From the NCBI GenBank assembly GCA_964496765.1, contig CAZCAP010000001.1, positions 63,609 to 95,608 on the forward strand: a stretch of 32,000 nt of DNA, in the 5' to 3' direction. Below are positions 16,739 through 23,913 of this stretch, piece by piece (the first letter of the stretch is position 1; each line of letters starts with the position of its first letter). The translations under genes and the position numbers were made by a program. Below the pieces are notes generated by a model. The model ran no database searches and was not told the DNA's origin. It saw only the letters and a list, made by a program, of their open reading frames with translations. The DNA is from an uncultured archaeon. Its GTDB lineage: Archaea; Iainarchaeota; Iainarchaeia; Iainarchaeales; CSSED10-239.

Positions 16739-17434
16739 TTAAATGTAATTCCCACCATTTATACTAATTATTTGACCAGTAATGTGCTTTGATTTAATTG
16801 ATAACAAAAAATCTATTAAATCTACTATATCTTCTGGTTCTCCTAATCTCTTCAAGAGGATACTATTTATAATTACATTTTTTTTAATACCCTGGGCCTT
16901 CAAGTTCTCATGTAACAAAGATGTATTTATAGGTCCAGGAGCAATTATGTTGACTCTTGTTTTTGGAGCTAATTCTTTTGCTGCAACTTTAGCAAAGCAC
17001 TCTAGTGCAGCCTGTGTTGGAGCATATAGACTTGATCCAAATGGATTTGATCTTGGTGCAGTTGAAGAAATAAACACTATTGAACTATCTTTATTAAGCA
17101 CAGAACCTAGGTCTTTCAAAACTAACATGTAACTAAATAAGTTTGTATTAAATACATCTATAATTTTTTCATAATTAATATCTACAATATTGGTTAGATC
17201 ATAGTGGGAAGCATTAAAAATAATATAATCAACTGTCTTAAACTTTTGCTTAATTTGTTTAATAAGTTCATTTATTTTTTGTGTGTTTTTTAAATCAAAT
17301 TCAATATAGGTTATATTCTTTTTATTAATCAATCTACTTCTTTGAATAGAAATAATCTTGTTACTTGTTTTATACTTATTTATACAAGCTTTTCCAATTC
17401 CCTTACTTCCACCAAATAACAATATATTCTTCAT
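16739..17434 (-). CDS. Short-chain dehydrogenase/reductase (SDR) with a Y-x-x-x-Q in place of the catalytic Y-x-x-x-K
   Basis: LLFGGSKGIGKA (cofactor loop), NAS, ISST, LYAPTQAAL and NIIAPGPINT are present. The Gln codon CAG (plus 17022-17024) was verified at the DNA level. Confidence 0.8.
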   Translation of the reverse strand: MKNILLFGGSKGIGKACINKYKTSNKIISIQRSRLINKKNITYIEFDLKNTQKINELIKQIKQKFKTVDYIIFNASHYDLTNIVDINYEKIIDVFNTNLFSYMLVLKDLGSVLNKDSSIVFISSTAPRSNPFGSSLYAPTQAALECFAKVAAKELAPKTRVNIIAPGPINTSLLHENLKAQGIKKNVIINSILLKRLGEPEDIVDLIDFLLSIKSKHITGQIISINGGNYI

Positions 17435-18753
17435 CTTTCCACCTTATTATGATAATTTATTTCTTTTTTAAATATAATGTGCTTAAGTATTTTATAAACC
17501 CCATGTATTGCTCCTAGTGATTTATAAAATACACCTAGAGGTATCTCTAAACCAAACAACCTAAGTTTATACACTTTAAAATCTGTATTTTTATTAAGAA
17601 AGTTAATTACACACAAATATCCGCTTAAATAATAAACCCAGACAAAAATAATCAATAACCAGAACAATAAAGCATTATACATTGTAAAAATAATTAACAC
17701 AAATATAACCAAAAAAGGTCGTAATGCCCATTTAATTGCTAAAAACAGATGATTACAGTTTTGTAAAAATGCTATAGATAAAAACTTACTACTTCTTAGA
17801 ATTCTATAGAATGTTAGATTTCCGAAAAACCAAAAAGTGTGTTGCTTATATAATGTAATTAGGCTTTCGGGGGATTCACAATAATCCTCAAAAGGAACAG
17901 GGTAAATTGGAATGTTATTTTTAGTTAAGGTAAAACCAATTTGAATTCCATCTGCAGGCCCAATCTCTGAAAAACCATTAATCCTAGTTAATACTTCCAA
18001 CTTAAAAAATTCTCCGTGCCCCATACAATAGGGAGGAAATCTACTTTTCTTATTTGCTAATATTCTTCTATTGGTTGTAATAAACTGATTAATTTCAAAT
18101 AAATAATTCCACATAGTTTGATAATAGGCATTAGCCAATAGAACAACATTATGTTTAATTTTATGTGAATTTAATAAATAATTCATATTCTGTTGAAATG
18201 CAACTTTTTTATTATCTTGTGTATATTTATAATTAATATATTTCAATGTGTCTAAATCAGGGTGAGAATCAGCATCATAGACCCCAATAAAAGTATGTTG
18301 ATGAGTATTGTTCTTTTTAATATATTCTAATGCTACATTTAATTGATAAGCTCGTTTTTGAGCACTACCAGCATACTCAATAAATTTTACATTTTTAGAT
18401 TTATGTTCTAAAATAAATTTATTTATGAAATCTTTGGTTTTAAGATTATCTTTTTTTCTAGAAGACTCTTTCTTATCTAGAGCAACAATAATTTCAAATT
18501 TGTTTTTTGAGTAATTAAAAGAGGAAATGTGCTTAAGTGTTTTTTCAATTACGTTTTGTTCTCTTAATGCGGGGATAAGAATATAAAAATATACTTTTTC
18601 AATAGTTGATTTTTTTTTAGTTAAAAATTGTTTTCGCTCTTTAAGATAATAGCTAAATGAAACAAATAAACTAATATATCCATTAATAATAAAATAGAGT
18701 ATAATAAATAATCCAACAATTGCAAATGTATATATTAAAACCATAAATAACAT
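17431..18753 (-). CDS. Membrane-embedded family-2 glycosyltransferase, synthase-like
   Basis: It has an N-terminal TM helix and a GT-A core (ILIPALREQNVIEKTL, GSAQKRAYQLN, GVYDADSHPD). KQHTFW resembles the processive Q-x-x-R-W motif. Several C-terminal TM helices follow. It overlaps the SDR gene start by 4 nt. Confidence 0.7.
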   Translation of the reverse strand: MLFMVLIYTFAIVGLFIILYFIINGYISLFVSFSYYLKERKQFLTKKKSTIEKVYFYILIPALREQNVIEKTLKHISSFNYSKNKFEIIVALDKKESSRKKDNLKTKDFINKFILEHKSKNVKFIEYAGSAQKRAYQLNVALEYIKKNNTHQHTFIGVYDADSHPDLDTLKYINYKYTQDNKKVAFQQNMNYLLNSHKIKHNVVLLANAYYQTMWNYLFEINQFITTNRRILANKKSRFPPYCMGHGEFFKLEVLTRINGFSEIGPADGIQIGFTLTKNNIPIYPVPFEDYCESPESLITLYKQHTFWFFGNLTFYRILRSSKFLSIAFLQNCNHLFLAIKWALRPFLVIFVLIIFTMYNALLFWLLIIFVWVYYLSGYLCVINFLNKNTDFKVYKLRLFGLEIPLGVFYKSLGAIHGVYKILKHIIFKKEINYHNKVER

Positions 18754-18821
18754 AGATTAATAAGTATTATAAATTATTTGTATATGATGAAAAACCTTAG
18801 ATAACACAAGTAAATATAGAA

Positions 18822-18926
18822 TCCCTCCTCCCAGATTCGAACTGGGGATCTACCGGTCACTGCCTTTCTTCTCAGTGTTTACATAAAGTCTACAGCCGGT
18901 CGCACTAACCGCTGTGCTAAGGAGGG
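18822..18926 (-). tRNA. tRNA-Tyr(GUA) with a 32-nt intron at the canonical 37/38 position (intron 18858-18889)
   Basis: Manual fold: acceptor CCCTCCT/AGGAGGG (C1:G72), D arm GCAC/GTGC, anticodon stem ACCGG/CCGGT, loop CTGTAGA, T arm CCCAG-TTCGAAT-CTGGG. The intron forms helix-bulge-helix-bulge-helix (CTGT/GCAG central helix, 3-nt bulges AGA and TGA, outer helix CTTT/AAAG). No CCA is encoded. Confidence 0.9.
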
Positions 18927-19000
18927 ATTTATTCCTTAATAAAATACGGTTATATAATATATTATAAAGACAAAAAGGTATATAAATAGATTTCTCATAA

Positions 19001-19012
19001 ACTATTTATAGG
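19001..19012 (+). promoter_or_regulatory. Archaeal TATA-box-like element upstream of the GNAT-like gene
   Basis: actatttatagg, ~30-35 nt upstream of the ATG at 19040. A second element, ggtatataaatagattt (18977-18993), faces tRNA-Tyr. Confidence 0.3.
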
Positions 19013-19039
19013 AAAATAGAAAAATATATAGTGAAATAA

Positions 19040-19648
19040 ATGAAAAAAGAATACACAGGAATAACCTATAAAAAAATAGATTATTCAAACAAGAGAGAAT
19101 TAACACTAGACTTGCTTAAACAAATCTATGAAATAAATGAATTAATTAATAAAGATATAATACCATTTCATAGATATGCTACTGCTCTTCAAACTAAACT
19201 TGGAAATGAAAAAAACAATCCTGAATGTTTCTATCTTGCTTTTAAAAATAATGAACTAATTTCGGGAATAGAAGGTTACTTTACAACAAAGGATCATTTC
19301 CATATAAATCATGGGTTCACTAGGAAAGAATATCAGAGAACAGGAGTTGGAACCAAAATTCTAATAAGAACTGTAGCTGATTTACGTGTACACCATAATG
19401 TTAAAACAATTGATGCAGTAATACACTCAGATGGTTTTAATATTGTCACAAAAAAGATAACAGGGCTTTACCCAATTAATAAAGAAAAAACAATCTATAG
19501 AATAAATAAATCAAATAAATTCAAATATGAATTTAAATCAGAACCAGAGATAGGAACAACGCACAAGAGAAATACAATTACAGTAAATAAAAATAAGGTA
19601 TCTAGATTTGAACTTATTAAAAAATTATTTAAAGGCAAAAGAAAATAG
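19040..19648 (+). CDS. GNAT-like N-acetyltransferase domain protein (tentative)
   Basis: FTRKEYQRTGVGTKILIRTV resembles GNAT motif A (Q/R-x-x-G-x-G/A). The rest is unrecognised. A TATA-like actatttatagg lies ~30 nt upstream. Confidence 0.45.
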   Translation: MKKEYTGITYKKIDYSNKRELTLDLLKQIYEINELINKDIIPFHRYATALQTKLGNEKNNPECFYLAFKNNELISGIEGYFTTKDHFHINHGFTRKEYQRTGVGTKILIRTVADLRVHHNVKTIDAVIHSDGFNIVTKKITGLYPINKEKTIYRINKSNKFKYEFKSEPEIGTTHKRNTITVNKNKVSRFELIKKLFKGKRK

Positions 19649-19649
19649 T

Positions 19650-20084
19650 TTAACTCTTACCTATAATTTTTTTTAATTGTTTCTTTCGTGCTGGAAAAAT
19701 TATTCCATGATAACCTATAATAAATCCTTTTGTAACCAAATACTTCTCAGTTAGGTAAACTACATATGCTTGAGCAAGAGCAGCCTTTAAATCTTTATGC
19801 ATATCTTCTACGAGAAGAGCAATGATTATCTTTTTTGTTTTTGCAGAATTAACGTCTGTAAAGAACTTAGCAGGTTCCTGTGCCATTAAACTTTCTGTAT
19901 CCTTACTAAATTTAGTAATATCTATTATTTGTTCAAGATATTCTTTTATTTTTGTATTGGTTGAAATTTGAATAGCAGCTAAAAATTCAACAATATCTGT
20001 TTTAGTAACCTCTGGAGTAATCTTCATTTTTTTAACAGAAACAAATCCTTTTAAATTTGAAACAAATTGTATATTTTCTTCCAT
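19650..20084 (-). CDS. Hypothetical protein (144 aa)
   Basis: The only support is ORF length in an AT-rich context and its convergent packing 1 nt from the neighbouring stop. No motifs were recognised. Confidence 0.45.
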   Translation of the reverse strand: MEENIQFVSNLKGFVSVKKMKITPEVTKTDIVEFLAAIQISTNTKIKEYLEQIIDITKFSKDTESLMAQEPAKFFTDVNSAKTKKIIIALLVEDMHKDLKAALAQAYVVYLTEKYLVTKGFIIGYHGIIFPARKKQLKKIIGKS

Positions 20085-20169
20085 ATTTTATCATTCCTTT
20101 TTTAATTCATATTATAAATTATAATTATCTTTATTTAATCATAGAAATAAATGTTTATATTCCTTGTGG

Positions 20170-20754
20170 TCACTTCTGTTTAAAGCATTTAGTACATCTT
20201 GCTTGATAGATATCTGTCCCACCAATGACCACAGTATCTGTTTGATGTCCTTTTCTATAGGTTTTTGTTGCTGCTTCACCACAATTATTGCAAACAGCAT
20301 CAAGATGAATCACATAATCAGAAATTGCCATTAAAAAACCAATATGATTTTTCCCATCTTTAAATGGAAATGGATCTCCAAGATAGGTTTGATTTAATCC
20401 GCTAGTAAATACATTAATTCCTTGACTTGTTAATCTTTTAATAACATCAAGAATATCTGATTCAAAGAATTGAACCTCATCAATAAAAATATTTTTTAAT
20501 GATTGTTCTTTATTATTTGCATTAGAAAAATATGTAGAGCATATTTGATAGATCTCTTCTGATGTTTTCACAATATTTGCAGGGATTGCTCTCCCATCAT
20601 GATTAACAACCTTCTCTTCTGAATATCTATGATCAATAAATGGTTTAAAGAGAAAAGATTTTCTTCTTCCAATCTCTTCTCTTGAAAATAGTCTTAGAAG
20701 TTCAGTTGTTTTCCCTGAAAACATTGGTCCTGTAATTGTAGTGAGCTTACCCAT
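20170..20754 (-). CDS. tdk: Thymidine kinase (TK1-type)
   Basis: GPMFSGKTTELL P-loop, IDEVQFF, and a C-terminal zinc-ribbon pair (CNNCG...ARCTKC). Confidence 0.95.
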   Translation of the reverse strand: MGKLTTITGPMFSGKTTELLRLFSREEIGRRKSFLFKPFIDHRYSEEKVVNHDGRAIPANIVKTSEEIYQICSTYFSNANNKEQSLKNIFIDEVQFFESDILDVIKRLTSQGINVFTSGLNQTYLGDPFPFKDGKNHIGFLMAISDYVIHLDAVCNNCGEAATKTYRKGHQTDTVVIGGTDIYQARCTKCFKQK

Positions 20755-20767
20755 AATTTATCATACA

Positions 20768-21502
20768 TTATTTAATTTTTTCAAAACTTGCTTTATCTAA
20801 AATAAATTTATACCCTGGCATTGGAACAAAACGCGTTTTAACTCCAAAATAATTATTTAAAATTTCAAGATAAACTTTTGTAGGAGGCATTTTATTTTTA
20901 ATTCTTAATTGCATTAAATCAAATTTTTTCTTTGTATATAATTTTTCACGTAATAATCTTTCAAATAAAATGCGTTTTTTAACCATATTATAAAATGCAT
21001 AGTCATTCTTAAGTATATTAATTGCTTCTGGATTATTTTTACAATAGGACTCAATAATGTCCTTATCTGTAATTGTATGTTTATATTTTTTATATTCTTC
21101 ATTAATTATTTTATTTGTTTTTTTTGTAAAAGTAAAAAAGGTTCTCCCTATGTTTTTACTTGTTTTTTTATCAATAATTAAAATTCCTTCTATATCTATA
21201 TTTTTAAAAAACAGTTTATCTACATGCCCAGCAATATCTCCAACAGATGGAAGAGCAGGTTTATCATTGAACCTACGGCTAATATGAGAATGATAGGCCC
21301 TATCTTGAAGTTTGCCTAAGTTTAAACTTACGGTCCTTTTATTTCTAATCTTACTTATTTCTTCTAATTCAGAAAATGGAGCATTTTTCTTTGTAAAAAT
21401 AGCTTCTTTTTTAGTTATGTTAGGAGTAGATTCAACAATTTCTTTTGAAGTTCTATATCCAATTGGCTTAACATATTTACTTAGTTTTTTTATTGGAGGC
21501 AT
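20768..21502 (-). CDS. Hypothetical basic protein (244 aa)
   Basis: A long ORF 13 nt upstream of tdk on the same strand. No motifs were recognised. Confidence 0.5.
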   Translation of the reverse strand: MPPIKKLSKYVKPIGYRTSKEIVESTPNITKKEAIFTKKNAPFSELEEISKIRNKRTVSLNLGKLQDRAYHSHISRRFNDKPALPSVGDIAGHVDKLFFKNIDIEGILIIDKKTSKNIGRTFFTFTKKTNKIINEEYKKYKHTITDKDIIESYCKNNPEAINILKNDYAFYNMVKKRILFERLLREKLYTKKKFDLMQLRIKNKMPPTKVYLEILNNYFGVKTRFVPMPGYKFILDKASFEKIK

Positions 21503-21568
21503 AATATCAAATAAAATTAAGAACCAGATATTTTAAAAATAGATTTCTTTTAAATTGTAAATAAAAGA

Positions 21569-21850
21569 GGCTAGTGGTCTGCTATAAGCCGCTTTCTGTA
21601 CTAAATTGGCAATCTGTCTTATGCGGAGGTAAATTTCTCCTTGCACCACACTCTTTCTGATAAATTTTTCAGCAATTCTTGTTTCTCCTCAGTGATTACA
21701 CATCACAGGATAACAGAAACAAGCTGTCCTTTTTCTGTTCAGAAAGCATCCTTTGCAGGATGTTTGTCTTTTTATTAAGGGTGAGCGGACTTTCCTTGTC
21801 TGTTAAACCCAAAGGCTTAACAAGCATGCCAAAACACAAACCACTAACAT
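21569..21850 (-). ncRNA. rnpB: RNase P RNA
   Basis: The minus strand contains ACAAGGAAAGTCCGCTCACCC (CR-I, GGAAAGUCC) and TACAGAAAGCGGCTTATAGCAGACCACTAG (CR-V, ACAGAAnnnGGCUUA). The termini pair as P1 (TTAGTGGTTTG / CAGACCACTAG, two G:U pairs). The region is locally GC-richer and has only mutually overlapping spurious ORFs. The ends are approximate, within a few nt. Confidence 0.8.
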
Positions 21851-21925
21851 ATATATTAAGAGAAAAAGTATATTTAAAGATATTGATTGGAGGACAGTAA
21901 GTACTGTCCAACAAATATAACAATA

Positions 21926-22618
21926 TCACTTATTCCTAATTACTTCATTCACAGCTGAATAAAATCCACCCATAATTACATAAACAATAAATAACAAAAT
22001 AATTGCACCAATATAGTACATTATATTTGCATTTATTCCCAATAATTGTAGGATTCCTAATAATATAGCAACGCCTAATAAATACATTACAAAGTAACCT
22101 ATTAAAAAAAGCATTGAAACTAAAAAGTTTTTTGTCCAAATAGTCTTTAGATTAGATCTGAATGCAAAGAAGTTTTCGAATTTCTTATTTTGGAAATATT
22201 TAACAAATCCAACTAGTTTAATCAACTCTACAATTCCAGCAATAACCATGAATATTGCCATAATTATTGAAACAACTAGTATTAAGGCTGGATTTATTGT
22301 TGGACTTAGTGTAATTAAATAATAGGGAATAAAACCAATTAAAACAATTATTCCTTCAATTATAAAAAATATAATTGATACAAGAATAAACATTCCAGAA
22401 AACTTAAGTATGTTTCCCCAGGTTTTATTATTATATTTATTTAATTTTCCTGTATTAAGTAAACTTGCAAGGAAACCAGTACCTAGAATCAAGATAAGTG
22501 CTGCAGAGATTATTAAAGTAACCTCACTAATTAATGCAAAAAGCATAAGAGCAAAAATAATCCATAAAAATTTGATATTAATATATGGGAAACCAAGTGT
22601 TTTTCTTAAATCAAACAT
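21926..22618 (-). CDS. Polytopic membrane protein, unknown function
   Basis: A 230-aa ORF with about 6 hydrophobic helices. Confidence 0.6.
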   Translation of the reverse strand: MFDLRKTLGFPYINIKFLWIIFALMLFALISEVTLIISAALILILGTGFLASLLNTGKLNKYNNKTWGNILKFSGMFILVSIIFFIIEGIIVLIGFIPYYLITLSPTINPALILVVSIIMAIFMVIAGIVELIKLVGFVKYFQNKKFENFFAFRSNLKTIWTKNFLVSMLFLIGYFVMYLLGVAILLGILQLLGINANIMYYIGAIILLFIVYVIMGGFYSAVNEVIRNK

Positions 22619-22700
22619 ATCTTTTCATTTCTCCTAAATATTTTTTAAATTAGTAAATTCTTTTATTGATTGAAAGTAAAATACGTTGCTTGAAATTTAA

Positions 22701-22773
22701 GTGGACTCTGCGAGACTCGAACTCGCGGCCTCGTCCTTGCAAGGGACGCGATCTACCAACTGATCTAAGAGCC
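22701..22773 (-). tRNA. tRNA-Ala(UGC)
   Basis: Manual fold: acceptor GGGCTCT/AGAGTCC with the G3:U70 alanine identity pair, D arm GATC/GATC, anticodon stem CGTCC/GGACG, loop CTTGCAA, T arm GCGAG-TTCGAGT-CTCGC. No CCA is encoded. Confidence 0.93.
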
Positions 22774-22877
22774 CAATATATAATTTATTGTTGATTTTCT
22801 TACTATATACTAATATAATTATGCTTAAATATATTTATAAATACATCTTATACTAAATAATTTTTTAAAAATCAAAT

Positions 22878-23693
22878 TTAAGGAAATACTAGTTTCCAGC
22901 TTAAACAATTAAATAAAGGTAAAATAAAGATTAATAATAAAAGAATTAATAAAGACAGGATTAAGTAAAAAATGATTTGTTTAACCTTTATTTTCTTTTG
23001 CTTATTTGTTCTTTTAAATGCTTTTCCTAATCTAAAAAAGAGTATTGGAATCAAAAAAGATTGAATAACATAAAAAGTACACCAAATTGATGGAGAGGCT
23101 GTGCAAACATTCACAGAGAAAAGAAAATAACCAACAAAAACATAAATTGCACTAAGAATGAAAGAAATATCTGCAATAGTTAATAAATAAATTAATATTG
23201 TATGCTTTGATTTATCATCTTTAATCTCAGAATTTATTTTGAAAGCACAAATATGCCAATAAATAAAAAAGAACAACCAAACTATTGCCCACAAACCAGC
23301 AGAACTATGTTGCAAATAAAAGCTTGTTGATCCAAAAGTTAGTGGAGAAAAAATTATTTGCAAGGAAACAAGAAAAATAGGAATAATAGCTATCCAACTA
23401 TATATTTTTGTATTTGATAAGATTTCAAGTGATCTAAGAAAGAAATATACAGCACAAATTGAAATTATTAAACCAATTTTGTAGATTATTGTATTATTTG
23501 TTAATAAAGATAAAAATTCAAAAAATTGATGCAATCCAATACATAAAAATATAGCCATTGAAGAATATAAAAATGGTAGTAACCATTTTTTTTCTGAATT
23601 TTCATATTTATTTTTATAATAGAAAAAATAAATTACAGCAGATATTAGAATAATTAAAGATGTGGCTAACTGCACTCCAAGACTATAACACAT
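22878..23693 (-). CDS. Polytopic membrane protein, unknown function, located between the 16S rRNA and tRNA-Ala
   Basis: A 271-aa ORF with about 8 hydrophobic helices. It has its own TATA-like motif at 23713-23727. Confidence 0.6.
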   Translation of the reverse strand: MCYSLGVQLATSLIILISAVIYFFYYKNKYENSEKKWLLPFLYSSMAIFLCIGLHQFFEFLSLLTNNTIIYKIGLIISICAVYFFLRSLEILSNTKIYSWIAIIPIFLVSLQIIFSPLTFGSTSFYLQHSSAGLWAIVWLFFFIYWHICAFKINSEIKDDKSKHTILIYLLTIADISFILSAIYVFVGYFLFSVNVCTASPSIWCTFYVIQSFLIPILFFRLGKAFKRTNKQKKIKVKQIIFYLILSLLILLLLIFILPLFNCLSWKLVFP

Positions 23694-23712
23694 AAGTTAA
23701 TTAATGTAATAT

Positions 23713-23727
23713 AAATTTATAAATAGA
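23713..23727 (-). promoter_or_regulatory. Archaeal TATA-box-like element between the 16S 3' end and the 271-aa membrane-protein gene
   Basis: aatttataaatagat, ~20-35 nt upstream of the ATG at 23693. It is the same motif as at 1472-1487. Confidence 0.35.
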
Positions 23728-23913
23728 TATTGTTTAATTGAAAATAATCTACTCTGATAATAGGATAGAAAATAATAATTATCAGAACTTAGAATTAAAT
23801 TGAAAATCGAAGTTAAGATCTTGTATGTGGAGAAAACTTTCTTTACATTTTTTCTTTGAAATAGACATTTGAGTCATCTCAAAATCAATTTATATTTTGT
23901 ATATAAATTATTT

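Noticed and set aside
14709-17132. Plus-strand ORFs 14709-14912, 14780-14998, 15606-15875 and 16782-17132
   Set aside because: All are antisense to motif-supported genes of the tightly packed minus-strand operon.
21679-21929. Track ORFs 21679-21900 (+) and 21696-21929 (-)
   Set aside because: They are mutually antisense and overlie the RNase P RNA conserved blocks. They have no start context and an odd composition.
20914-22637. Small ORFs 20914-21102 (-), 21057-21287 (+), 21312-21536 (+), 21945-22139 (-) and 22410-22637 (+)
   Set aside because: They are alternative-frame or antisense ORFs nested in longer minus-strand ORFs, with hydrophobic low-complexity translations typical of AT-rich antisense.
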